A DNA stretch of 32,000 bases from Candidatus Binatia bacterium (GCA_036009625.1 DASYLJ010000177.1:11501-43500); one strand, 5' to 3'; numbered from the stretch's first letter, positions 22,905-31,193 are shown. Numbers and translations are program-made. Notes: generated by a model from the sequence alone, not told the origin.

Positions 22905-24440
22905 ATGTCGAGCTCGTCGCCGTGGTGGAAGCGTGCCGTCGTCTACCAGATCTATCCACGCTCCTTCGCGGACGGGAACGGCGACGGCGTGGGCGACCTC
23001 GCCGGCATCCGCCACCGCCTCGATCATCTGGTGTGGCTCGGCGTCGACACGCTCTGGCTGTCGCCGGTCTTCCGCTCGCCGATGGCCGACTTCGGCTACG
23101 ACGTGTCCGACTACTGCGACGTCGACCCGTGCTTCGGCACGCTGGCCGAGCTCGACGGGCTCATCGCCGACGCGCATGCGCGCGGGCTGCGCATCCTGCT
23201 CGACTGGGTGCCGAACCACACCTCCGACCAGCATCCGTGGTTCGTGGCCTCGCGGTCGTCGCGCACCGATCCGAAGCGCGACTGGTACGTGTGGCGCGAT
23301 CCCGCGCCCGGCGGCGGACCACCGAACAACTGGGTGGCGGCGTTCGATCGCACCGCGCCGGCATGGACGCTCGACGCCCCGAGCGGGCAGTACTACCTGC
23401 ACTCGTTCCTGCCGCAGCAGCCCGATCTCGACTGGTCGAATCCCGACGTCGTCGCCGCCATGCACGACGTGCTGCGCTTCTGGATGGACCGCGGTGTCGA
23501 CGGCTTCCGCATCGACGTCGTGCACTGTCTCGGCAAGGATCCGGCGCTGCCCGACGATCCGCCCGAGCTGGCGGGCATTCCGCACGCCGTGCTGAACCAC
23601 CATCCGTCGACGCAGGATCTCGTGCGCGGGCTGCGCCGGCTCGTCGACGGCTATCCGGGCGATCGCATGCTCGTCGGCGAGGTGTTCCTGCTCTTCGTGC
23701 GCGAGGTCGCGGACTACTACGCCGACGGCGGCGGGCTGCACCTCGCGTTCGACCTGCCGACGACGTTGTACACGCCGTGGGATGCGACGGCGTGGCGCGA
23801 GCGCACCGACACGATCGCCCGCACCCTGCGCGGCTGGCCGACGTTGGTGCTCTCGAACCACGACACGCCCCGCCATCGCACGCGTCTCGGCGGTACCGAG
23901 GCGCGTGCGCGGGCGGCGGCGGTGCTGCTGCTCACACTGCCGGGGACGCCGTTCCTCTACGCCGGCGAGGAGCTCGGCCTCGAGGATGCGACGATTCCGG
24001 CGGATCGCGTCGTCGATCCGGGTGGACGCGACGGCTGTCGCGCGCCGGTGCCCTGGGATGCATCGGCGATGCACGGCTGGGGTCCGTCGCCGTGGCTGCC
24101 GTGGGCGCCCGAGGCGGAGACGCGCAACGTCGATGCGCTGCGCAACGATCGGTCGTCGATCCTCCACCTGTATCGGCGCCTGCTGGTGGCTCGTCGCGCG
24201 TCGCCGGCCTTGTCGGAGGGGGCGTGGACGGCGCTCGAGGCGCCGGACGGGGTCTTCGCGTATGCGCGCACGCACGACGGCGATCGGCGCGTCGTCGCGG
24301 TCAACTTCACGGACGATGCGGTGCCGTGGGACGCGCGCAGCGTCGTCGAGGTGGCGAGCGACGGGGACGGGGAGGGCGCACCGTTCGGCGGCAGGCTCGG
24401 TCCATCGCAGGGTGTCGTGCTAGTGGACGTCGAGTCGTGA
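22905..24440 (+). CDS. Glycoside hydrolase family 13 alpha-glucosidase / oligo-1,6-glucosidase-like enzyme
   Basis: WWKRAVVYQIYPRSFADGNGDGVGDLAGI...LGVDTLWLSPVFRSPMADFGYDVSDY, DWVPNHTS, GVDGFRIDVV (nucleophile Asp region), VGEV (acid/base Glu) and SNHD. These are the four GH13 conserved regions. Confidence 0.9.
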   Translation: MSSSSPWWKRAVVYQIYPRSFADGNGDGVGDLAGIRHRLDHLVWLGVDTLWLSPVFRSPMADFGYDVSDYCDVDPCFGTLAELDGLIADAHARGLRILLDWVPNHTSDQHPWFVASRSSRTDPKRDWYVWRDPAPGGGPPNNWVAAFDRTAPAWTLDAPSGQYYLHSFLPQQPDLDWSNPDVVAAMHDVLRFWMDRGVDGFRIDVVHCLGKDPALPDDPPELAGIPHAVLNHHPSTQDLVRGLRRLVDGYPGDRMLVGEVFLLFVREVADYYADGGGLHLAFDLPTTLYTPWDATAWRERTDTIARTLRGWPTLVLSNHDTPRHRTRLGGTEARARAAAVLLLTLPGTPFLYAGEELGLEDATIPADRVVDPGGRDGCRAPVPWDASAMHGWGPSPWLPWAPEAETRNVDALRNDRSSILHLYRRLLVARRASPALSEGAWTALEAPDGVFAYARTHDGDRRVVAVNFTDDAVPWDARSVVEVASDGDGEGAPFGGRLGPSQGVVLVDVES

Positions 24441-24442
24441 CC

Positions 24443-25234
24443 ATGATCGTCGACGCCCACGTCCACCTCCTCCCCGACCGTCTCGCGGCGGCCATCCGCG
24501 GCTTCTTCCAGAAGCACATGCCCGACGCGATGCTGTATCCGTACGAGGTCGCGGCGGCGCGCGCCGCGATCACGGCGGCCGGCGTCGCGCGGTGCTGGAG
24601 CCTGCCCTACGCGCACAAGCCGCGCATGGCGTCGGCGTTGAACCGCTGGATGGCGGAGACGTTCGCGGACGACCCGCTGGTCGAGCCCGGCGCCACGGTG
24701 CATCCCGGCGACGACGTGCCCGCCGTGGTGTCGGAAGCCATCGACGACCTCCGGCTGCGGCTCTTCAAGCTGCACTGCTCGGTCGGCAAGTTCGGTCCCG
24801 ACGACCCGCGCCTCGACCCGCTGTGGGAGCGTGTCGCCGTGACGGGGCACCCCGTCGTCGTGCACGCCGGCCATGCGATCGACGGTGCGACGTCGGCCGC
24901 CGAGGTGGCACCCATCGCGCGGGTGGCGCGGCGATGGCCCGATGCGCGCATCATCGTCGCGCACTGCGGCGCCCCCGCGGTGCATGCGACACTGGCCCTG
25001 CTGCGTGAGACGCGATCGGTGTACGCCGACCTGACGCCGGTGATCGACACGCCGGCGCCGATCGTGCCGCGCGTATTCCACGGCTTCGAGCGCCGTCTGC
25101 TGTTCGGCAGCGACGCGCCGAACACCGGCGTCCGGATCGAGGATGCGATCGCGCACGTGCGGAGCCTCGGATTCGCGCGCTCCGACGAGGAAGCCGTGCT
25201 CGGCGGCACGGCAACCGCACTCCTCGCCCACTGA
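24443..25234 (+). CDS. Amidohydrolase family protein (Amidohydro_2-like metal-dependent hydrolase)
   Basis: Starts MIVDAHVHL (HxH metal motif), with later VVVHAGH, IIVAHCG and LFGSDAP motifs. ATG 24443 lies 2 nt after the GH13 stop. The upstream 750 codons of the 1016-aa ORF are alternative-frame shadow of the GH13 gene. Confidence 0.8.
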   Translation: MIVDAHVHLLPDRLAAAIRGFFQKHMPDAMLYPYEVAAARAAITAAGVARCWSLPYAHKPRMASALNRWMAETFADDPLVEPGATVHPGDDVPAVVSEAIDDLRLRLFKLHCSVGKFGPDDPRLDPLWERVAVTGHPVVVHAGHAIDGATSAAEVAPIARVARRWPDARIIVAHCGAPAVHATLALLRETRSVYADLTPVIDTPAPIVPRVFHGFERRLLFGSDAPNTGVRIEDAIAHVRSLGFARSDEEAVLGGTATALLAH

Positions 25235-25247
25235 GGACGGCTGGGGC

Positions 25248-26432
25248 ATGATGCCCGGCATGTCGTCCGCATGGATCGTCGGCGTCGCGCGCACCCCCAT
25301 CGGTGGGTTGGCCGGCAGTGTGTCGGAGCTCACCGCCCCAAAGCTCGGCGCGCACGCGCTGCGCGCCGCCATCGAGCGATCCGGCGTACCGTTCGATGCC
25401 GTCGAGCAGGTCGTCATGGGAAACGTGCTCGGAGCGGGTCTCGGCCAAGCGCCGGCGCGACAGGCCGGCCTCGGTGCCGGGGTGCCGCGCACGCACGCGG
25501 CGCTCACCATCAACAAGGTGTGCGGCTCCGGGCTGATGGCGGTGACGCTGGCATCGCAATGGATCCGACTCGGCGAGGCCGACGTCGTCGCCGCCGGCGG
25601 CATGGAGAGCATGAGCCGCGCGCCGCACCTGCTGCCCGGCCTGCGTCGCGGCTACCGCATGGGCGACGCACCGGTCATCGACTCGATGATCCACGACGGC
25701 CTCTGGGATCCCTACAACGACTTCCACATGGGCAGCGCCGCCGAGCAATGTGCGCGTGCCGAGGACGTCTCGCGCGCCGACCAGGATGCCTTCGCGGCCA
25801 CGAGCTACCGTCGCGCGCAGGCGGCGCAGGCGGCGGGCTGGTTCGCCGACGAGATCGCGCCGGTATCGGTGCCGGGACGGAAGGGCCCGACCATCGTCGA
25901 CACCGACGACGAGCCATCCCGCGTCGACTTCGACCGCATCGCCACGCTACGCCCGAGCTTCGCCAAAGACGGGACGATCACCGCAGCGAACGCATCGACG
26001 ATCGCCGATGGCGCCGCTGCGCTGGTGGTTGCGAGCGAGTCGGCCATCGCGAAGCACGGCCTGCGCAAGCGCGCCCGCATCGTCGCCGCCACGGCCGCAG
26101 GCCGCGCGCCGGAGGAGTTCCCGATCGCCCCCATCGACGCCAGCCGGAAGGTGCTGGCGATGGCAGGCCTGACGGTCGCCGACATCGACCTCTGGGAGAT
26201 CAACGAGGCATTCGCCGTCGTCGCGCTGGCGACGATGCGCGCACTGAAGCTCGATCCGGAGCGCGTCAACGTCCACGGCGGCGCAATCGCACTCGGTCAC
26301 CCAATCGGCGCGAGCGGCGCCAGAGTACTCGTGACGCTGCTCAACGCCCTCGAACGCCGCGATCTGAAGCGTGGCCTCGCAACCCTGTGCCTCGGCGGCG
26401 GCGAAGCCGTCGCCATGGTGATCGAACGCTAG
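25248..26432 (+). CDS. Acetyl-CoA C-acetyltransferase (thiolase II)
   Basis: WIVGVARTPIGG, active-site Cys in INKVCGSGL, NVHGGAIALGHPIGASGAR, and C-terminal CLGGGEAVAMVIE. The start is ambiguous among ATG 25248, 25251 and 25260; GAGGA lies about 9 nt upstream of 25248. Confidence 0.9.
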   Translation: MMPGMSSAWIVGVARTPIGGLAGSVSELTAPKLGAHALRAAIERSGVPFDAVEQVVMGNVLGAGLGQAPARQAGLGAGVPRTHAALTINKVCGSGLMAVTLASQWIRLGEADVVAAGGMESMSRAPHLLPGLRRGYRMGDAPVIDSMIHDGLWDPYNDFHMGSAAEQCARAEDVSRADQDAFAATSYRRAQAAQAAGWFADEIAPVSVPGRKGPTIVDTDDEPSRVDFDRIATLRPSFAKDGTITAANASTIADGAAALVVASESAIAKHGLRKRARIVAATAAGRAPEEFPIAPIDASRKVLAMAGLTVADIDLWEINEAFAVVALATMRALKLDPERVNVHGGAIALGHPIGASGARVLVTLLNALERRDLKRGLATLCLGGGEAVAMVIER

Positions 26433-26446
26433 ACGAGCCCCGTCCC

Positions 26447-26580
26447 GCGGAGGGCGGTCGGGGTGCACGGTGCCGTCGAGCGAGCGCGTCGGGAGCACGC
26501 GCTGCGGGGAAAAGGGCGGGGTGGTGCCGTGCGATCGCCGCGCGCAGCCGACGCGCCGTGCAACCCCGGCCGCCCTCCGC
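26447..26580. repeat. Copy A of a 135-140 bp imperfect palindromic intergenic element
   Basis: Arms 26447-26473 and 26553-26580 pair over about 27 bp. For example, GCGGAGGGCGG pairs with CCGCCCTCCGC; there is one bulge and two G-T positions. The apex contains GGGGAAAAGGGCGGGGTGGTGCCGTGCGA. About 75-80% identical by eye to the reverse complement of copy B (30111-30250). It lies between the convergent thiolase and small-ORF genes. Confidence 0.6.
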
Positions 26581-26587
26581 GCAAGAC

Positions 26588-26794
26588 TCAGGTGAGCCGC
26601 GCGTACAACGCCCCCGCGCTCTCCGCCTCCCGGATCGCCTTCAGCCGCAGCTCCGGCGCGACATCCAGGTGCTCCGCGTTGATGTGATCGTGCAGGTACC
26701 GCTTCAGCCCGGGGTCCGGCGTCTTCCAGCGTTGGTCCCATCCGCCGACGAGCTTCTTGCAGAGCGGGCAGTTGATGCCCCAGGTCGCAGCCAT
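26588..26794 (-). CDS. Small hypothetical protein (68 aa, contains CPLC)
   Basis: Read on the minus strand, about 93% of third codon positions are G/C and all Lys codons are AAG, matching the coding pattern of neighbouring genes. No recognisable family and no clear SD. Confidence 0.5.
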   Translation of the reverse strand: MAATWGINCPLCKKLVGGWDQRWKTPDPGLKRYLHDHINAEHLDVAPELRLKAIREAESAGALYARLT

Positions 26795-26820
26795 GCCGGT
26801 CGATAGAGCATGGGACCGGC
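26795..26820. promoter_or_regulatory. Palindrome GCCGGTC-N12-GACCGGC abutting the small ORF start codon in a divergent intergenic region
   Basis: GCCGGTC (26795-26801) and GACCGGC (26814-26820) are perfect 7-nt inverted repeats. The palindrome lies directly upstream of the small ORF's ATG (26794, minus strand) and 59 bp upstream of the GST-like gene start (26879). Confidence 0.3.
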
Positions 26821-26878
26821 GCCACCGCGACCCGTCCGGTTATTGCACCATGTGTGCAGGCTGTTGTATCGCCAGCGC

Positions 26879-27991
26879 ATGGCGTCGTCCGACCCGGTCT
26901 ACCGTCTCTATTCGAGTGAGATCTCCTACTTCTCGCAGAAGGTGCGGCCGGCGTTCCGCTGGAAGCGCGCGCCCTTCGTCGAGCTGCTGGCCACCACCAA
27001 GGCCAGCCGCGAGGTGATCGGCCCTCGCACCGGGCTCGCGATGATTCCCGTCGTCGTGACGCCCGAGGACGAGACGTGGCAGGACTCGAGCGACATTCTC
27101 GATGCGCTGGAGCGCCGCTTCCCCGAGCCACCGCTCTACCCGACGACGCCGGCGCAGCGCCTCGCCGCCTACTGCATCGAGCTCTGGACCGACGAGTTCC
27201 TCCTGATCCCCGGCGTCCACTGGCGATGGAGCTATCCCGAGAGCGCCACCAAGGCACTCGCCGAGTTCGCCGCCAACATGGGGTCGAAGGGCGGTGCCGA
27301 TCGCTTCGCCGGCGCGGTGCAGAACTTCACGCGCATGATCGGCGTCCAGGAACAGACGATCCCCGCGATCGAGGCCCACACGCACGACACCCTCGCGGCC
27401 CTCGAGGCGCACTTCGCCGTGCATCCCTATCTCCTCGGCGGCCACCCGTCGCTCGCCGACTGCGCGCTCATGGGCCCGTTCTACGGCCACTTCTACAACG
27501 ACGCCGTGCCCGGCCGTCTGCTGCGCGAGACCGCGCCGCGCACGTGTCACTGGATCGAGCGCATGAACCACCCCGGCTCCGATGACGTCGCCGGCAGCTG
27601 GCTCGCCGACGACGAGATCGCGCCGACGATGCGCGCGCTGCTGACCGTCGCCGGGCGCGACACGGCGCCGATCGTGCTGAACAACGTGCGCGCGTTCGAG
27701 GAATGGGTCGACACGTCGCCGCTGACGAGCGGCGAGCTGCCGCGCATCGTCGGCATGCACACCTCGACGTTCCGCGGGATCGAGGTCGAGCGCATCACGC
27801 TCCCCTACACGTCGTGGATGTTGCAACGCGTGCAGGGCGCCTATGCGGCGCTCGATGGCGCCGGGCGTGCCACGGTCGATCGCACCCTCGCCGGTACCGG
27901 CTTCGACGACATCCTCGCGTACTCGCCGCGCCATCGCGTACGCCGCAATCCCTACAAGGTGGAACTCGATCGTACGACGACGACGGTGTAG
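26879..27991 (+). CDS. Glutathione S-transferase-like protein with extended C-terminal region
   Basis: Thioredoxin-like GST_N pattern YRLYSSEISYFSQKVR...IPVVVTPEDETWQDSSDILDALERRFPEPPLYP and GST_C pattern HPYLLGGHPSLADCALMGPFY. Start ATG 26879 (MASSDP) was chosen inside the 26810 ORF. Confidence 0.75.
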   Translation: MASSDPVYRLYSSEISYFSQKVRPAFRWKRAPFVELLATTKASREVIGPRTGLAMIPVVVTPEDETWQDSSDILDALERRFPEPPLYPTTPAQRLAAYCIELWTDEFLLIPGVHWRWSYPESATKALAEFAANMGSKGGADRFAGAVQNFTRMIGVQEQTIPAIEAHTHDTLAALEAHFAVHPYLLGGHPSLADCALMGPFYGHFYNDAVPGRLLRETAPRTCHWIERMNHPGSDDVAGSWLADDEIAPTMRALLTVAGRDTAPIVLNNVRAFEEWVDTSPLTSGELPRIVGMHTSTFRGIEVERITLPYTSWMLQRVQGAYAALDGAGRATVDRTLAGTGFDDILAYSPRHRVRRNPYKVELDRTTTTV

Positions 27992-28000
27992 GGGTTCCCG

Positions 28001-28396
28001 ATGAGCGCCATCTTTCCGAACCTCGAGCAGTTCCAGGAGCTGGCCCAGAGCAGGGACACGGGACCGGTGGTGATGATCAACCTGGCGGCGTTCCGCTCGG
28101 GTGGTGGCGCGGGGGGCGCGGCGTTCGCGCGCTGGGCCGAACGCGCGGTGCCGATGGTGGAGTCGGTCGGCGGCAAGCTGCTGTTCGCGGGGCGCGGCGA
28201 TCAGGTGCTCGTCGGCGACGCGGCGGAGTCGTGGGACGTCGTGGCGCTGACGTGGTACCCGTCGCGTCGGGCCTTCCTCGAGATGGTGACGGGTCCGGCC
28301 TACCGGGCGGTGAACGAGGATCGGGAACGCGCCCTCGAGCGCACGCTCATGGTGGCGTGCACGCCGATGATCGACGACCTCTCGCGGAAGGATTGA
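28001..28396 (+). CDS. DUF1330 domain protein
   Basis: 131 aa with GPVVMINLAAFR...WDVVALTWYPSRRAFLEMV...Y..V...R..ALE, the pattern I associate with DUF1330 (dimeric alpha-beta barrel-like). Starts 9 nt after the GST-like stop. Confidence 0.75.
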   Translation: MSAIFPNLEQFQELAQSRDTGPVVMINLAAFRSGGGAGGAAFARWAERAVPMVESVGGKLLFAGRGDQVLVGDAAESWDVVALTWYPSRRAFLEMVTGPAYRAVNEDRERALERTLMVACTPMIDDLSRKD

Positions 28397-28399
28397 CCC

Positions 28400-29974
28400 A
28401 TGGGCCGCAAGATTCTCTTCATCACCACCGACCAGCAGCGCTACGACGCGCTCGGCTGCAACGGTGGCACCGTCGCGCGCACGCCCGTGGTCGATCGCCT
28501 CGCGGCGACGGGCATCAACTACCGCCGCGCGCACAACCAGAACGTCGTCTGCATGCCGGCGCGCTCGACGATGCTGACGGGGCAGTACGTCCGCACCCAC
28601 GGCGTGGTCGCGAACGGCGTCGCCCTGCCGATGGATGCGCCCAGCGTCGCCGCGCATCTCAACGCGCACGGCTACCGCACGGCGCTGCTCGGCAAGGCGC
28701 ACTTCGATCCGGCGTTCGACATGGGCGGCCGCTGGTTCGAGAACCGCATGGCGCGCGAGGGCTCCACGGGACCGCACCGTGGTTTCGACCACATGGAGCT
28801 GGCGATGCACAGCCCCATCGGCGGCTGGCACTACTCGCTGTACCTGCAGCGCGAGCATCCCGACGAGACGGCGGGCTTCGCGACGCTGCTCTCGGCGAAG
28901 GGCGGCGGCGACACCGGCGCGCCCGAGGTGGCCTACAACCCCATCCCGCGCGAGCACTACCACACCGACTGGGTCGCCGATCGCACCATCGCCTATCTCG
29001 ACTCGCTGCCCGCCGACGCCGACTGGTTCGTGTGGATGAGCTTTCCCGACCCGCACCATCCGTGGGATCCGCCGGCGTCCGAGGCGCGACGCGTGCGCTG
29101 GCAGGATCTCGACCTGCCGCCCGGCCATCCCGGCAGCCCCGAGAAGATCGTCGAGATCCTCGCGCAGAAGCCGCGCCACTGGCTCGACTGGTGGGAGGGA
29201 CGCTTCCGCAACAACGAAGGCGGCCCGATGTCGTTCGTGCCGTCGCGCCTCACCGACGATCAGATCCGCGAGGTCAACGCGCTGACGCACGTCGAGAACG
29301 AGCTCATCGACGAAGCGTGCGGTCGCGTCATGAGGCGCATCGCCGAGCGCGGCTGGGACGCCGACACCGACGTGGTGTTCACCACCGACCACGGCGAGCT
29401 GCAGGGCGACTATGGGTTGCTCTACAAGGGCCCGTACCACGTCGATTCGCTGATGCGCCTGCCGTTCGTCTGGCGCCCGGCGCCGTCGGCGGGCGTCACG
29501 CCGGCGGTGATCACGGAGCCGGTCGGACAGCTCGACCTGGCGCCCACGTTCTGCCAGATCGCGGGCGTGCCGATCCCCGAATGGGTGCAGGGCAAGCCGC
29601 TGCCGACGGCGCCGGGCTCGGATCGCCAACGTGTCCTCACCGAGTGGGACAGCCAGTTCCGCGAGATCGGCATGCACCTGCGCACCATCTATCGCGACGG
29701 CTTCATCTGCACCGTCTACGAGCCGACGACGCGCGACTACGGCGTCGAGCTCACGAAGCTGCTGAAGGCGTTCGGCTCGAAGCGCGCGGCGCCGGACATC
29801 CGCTACGATGGCAGCGAGGGCGAGCTGTACGACGTCACCGCGGATCCGCATCAGTGGCGCAATCTGTGGAACGATCCGGGGTACGCGAAGCTGCGCTCCG
29901 ACCTGGTGGCGGATCTGTACGACAGCCTGCCGGCGCCGCGACAGCCGCAGCTGCCCGTCGATACGTTCGCGTGA
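28400..29974 (+). CDS. Formylglycine-type sulfatase (arylsulfatase/choline-sulfatase-like), no signal peptide
   Basis: KILFITTDQQRYDALG, the sulfatase CxPxR signature as NVVCMPARSTMLTG, LLGKAHF, and TTDHGE near the C-terminal half. The protein starts directly with the catalytic core (MGRKILFITTDQ), so it is probably cytoplasmic. Confidence 0.9.
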   Translation: MGRKILFITTDQQRYDALGCNGGTVARTPVVDRLAATGINYRRAHNQNVVCMPARSTMLTGQYVRTHGVVANGVALPMDAPSVAAHLNAHGYRTALLGKAHFDPAFDMGGRWFENRMAREGSTGPHRGFDHMELAMHSPIGGWHYSLYLQREHPDETAGFATLLSAKGGGDTGAPEVAYNPIPREHYHTDWVADRTIAYLDSLPADADWFVWMSFPDPHHPWDPPASEARRVRWQDLDLPPGHPGSPEKIVEILAQKPRHWLDWWEGRFRNNEGGPMSFVPSRLTDDQIREVNALTHVENELIDEACGRVMRRIAERGWDADTDVVFTTDHGELQGDYGLLYKGPYHVDSLMRLPFVWRPAPSAGVTPAVITEPVGQLDLAPTFCQIAGVPIPEWVQGKPLPTAPGSDRQRVLTEWDSQFREIGMHLRTIYRDGFICTVYEPTTRDYGVELTKLLKAFGSKRAAPDIRYDGSEGELYDVTADPHQWRNLWNDPGYAKLRSDLVADLYDSLPAPRQPQLPVDTFA

Positions 29975-30102
29975 TACGCCCCCTCTCGTACGCGATCCTG
30001 TGCGTCGTCGTCCCCGCCGTCTGGGGCCTGCTCATGGCGGGCGCGTTCAGCCTGTGGGAGCGGCGGACCGGGCGACGACGACGGGTCGACTACTCCATCT
30101 AG
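29971..30102 (+). CDS. Possible 43-aa single-pass membrane peptide translationally coupled to the sulfatase
   Basis: GTG 29971 overlaps the sulfatase TGA (GTGA). The hydrophobic core is LSYAILCVVVPAVWGLLMAGAFSLW, followed by the basic tail RRTGRRRR. No family recognised; it could instead be a chance ORF. Confidence 0.4.
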   Translation: MIRPLSYAILCVVVPAVWGLLMAGAFSLWERRTGRRRRVDYSI

Positions 30103-30110
30103 TGTCTTTG

Positions 30111-30250
30111 CGGCGGCGTGGGGCGTTCGTGCCGGGGAGCCTCCGGCTCGCTCGACGCTCGCATGGCACCACGCCACCCCTTTTCCCCACCCGCATGCTC
30201 ACGACTCGCTCTCACGGAGGCCCCCCGGCACGAACGCCCCACGCCGCCGG
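30111..30250. repeat. Copy B of the 135-140 bp imperfect palindromic intergenic element
   Basis: 35-bp terminal inverted arms with a single mismatch. CGGCGGCGTGGGGCGTTCGTGCCGGGGAGCCTCCG (30111-30145) pairs with CGGAGGCCCCCCGGCACGAACGCCCCACGCCGCCG (30216-30250). The core contains TGGCACCACGCCACCCCTTTTCCCC, the reverse complement of the conserved apex of copy A. It lies between the mini-TM ORF stop and the TauE start. Confidence 0.6.
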
Positions 30251-30264
30251 GACGGTCAAGTGAG

Positions 30265-31173
30265 ATGCTGACGCTCGTCGTCGACGGGCACGCCGTGTGG
30301 CTGCCGGGCGTCGCCGTGCTCGGCGTCGTCGTCGGGTACGTCGCCGGGATGTTCGGCGTTGGCGGGGGCTTTCTGCTCACGCCGTTGTTGGCGGTCGTGT
30401 TTGGGGTGCCGCTCGAGATCGCCGTGGGGACGGGGCTCTGTCAGATGATCGGGACCTCTGTCGCGGCGCTCATTCGGCATCGTCAGATGGGGCAGGGCGA
30501 GATCAGGTTCGATCTGATTGCGGTGGTTGGAAGTGTGCTCGGCGTCGAAGCTGGGGCGCGCACGCTCGATGCGCTCTCTGCCCTGGGTGCCGTTCACGTC
30601 GGTGTCGGGAGCGTTTCTGTGGTGCGGTTGGTTGCCGACGGTGGGTACGTCGTCGTGTTGTTGACGGCGGCCATCATGTTCGGACGTGGGGGGCGGGGCG
30701 CGCTCGAATCTACTGCGCATGTGCGGCGGGGGCCGTTGGCGCGCGTGCGGGTGCCGCCGTTCGTCGATCTGCCGGCGGTGCCGTTGCGACGGGTGTCGGC
30801 GACGCTGATCGCGTACGTCGGGCTGGGGCTCGGGTTCCTGAGCGGGTTCCTCGGCATCGGCGGCGGCATCGCGCTGCTGCCGGTGCTCGTCTATGGCTTC
30901 GGGTTCCCGATGCGGCAGGCGGCGGGGACGGGCATCGTCATGCTGTGCGCGACCGCCACCGTGGGTACCGTCGTGCACGCACTGCGCGGGCACGTCGATC
31001 TCGAGCTGGCGATGGTGCTGCTCATCGGAGCCACGATCAGCGCGCAGCTCGGTGCGCGCGCGAGCCGGTCGTTGGGGGTGCGGACGCTGCGACGCCTCTT
31101 CGCGGGCCTCATCCTCGTGACCATCGCGACCATCGTCTGGGATCTCGTGCGACGACTATCCACGGCGGCGTGA
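30265..31173 (+). CDS. TauE/SafE family sulfite/anion exporter (DUF81)
   Basis: Two-fold internal repeat with the hallmark Gly-rich motifs GMFGVGGGFLLTPLL and GFLGIGGGIALLPVLVY, plus about 8 hydrophobic segments. Start ATG 30265 (MLTLVV) was chosen inside the 30118 ORF, which would otherwise read through repeat copy B. Confidence 0.85.
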   Translation: MLTLVVDGHAVWLPGVAVLGVVVGYVAGMFGVGGGFLLTPLLAVVFGVPLEIAVGTGLCQMIGTSVAALIRHRQMGQGEIRFDLIAVVGSVLGVEAGARTLDALSALGAVHVGVGSVSVVRLVADGGYVVVLLTAAIMFGRGGRGALESTAHVRRGPLARVRVPPFVDLPAVPLRRVSATLIAYVGLGLGFLSGFLGIGGGIALLPVLVYGFGFPMRQAAGTGIVMLCATATVGTVVHALRGHVDLELAMVLLIGATISAQLGARASRSLGVRTLRRLFAGLILVTIATIVWDLVRRLSTAA

Positions 31174-31193
31174 CGCCGCTATCGTGCCGCCTC

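Noticed and set aside
22184-24442. N-terminal 753 codons of the 1016-aa plus-strand ORF 22184-25234
   Set aside because: This part overlaps the 5' end of the M3 peptidase gene (antisense) and the GH13 gene (alternative frame), and it is Arg/Ala/Ser-rich with no motifs. Only the last 264 codons, from ATG 24443 (MIVDAHVHL), look like a real amidohydrolase gene.
26843-26870. Possible sigma70-like promoter (TTGCAC ... TTGTAT/TGTATC) giving a near-leaderless GST-like transcript
   Set aside because: The spacing to any acceptable -10 hexamer is off (15-19 nt depending on the choice) and the hexamers are weak. It is not supportable without 5'-end mapping.
26840-29851. 1003-aa minus-strand ORF antisense to the GST-like, DUF1330 and sulfatase genes
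   Set aside because: It has no motifs and an Arg/Asp/Ala/Val-rich composition. It also spans two intergenic junctions of a tightly packed plus-strand operon whose products have clear family signatures.
27703-29970. Bulk of the 799-aa plus-strand ORF 27703-30102
   Set aside because: This is an alternative frame of the GST-like, DUF1330 and sulfatase genes, with an Arg/Gly/Ala/Pro-rich translation. Only the last 43 codons, after the GTGA junction, are kept as a low-confidence mini-TM ORF.
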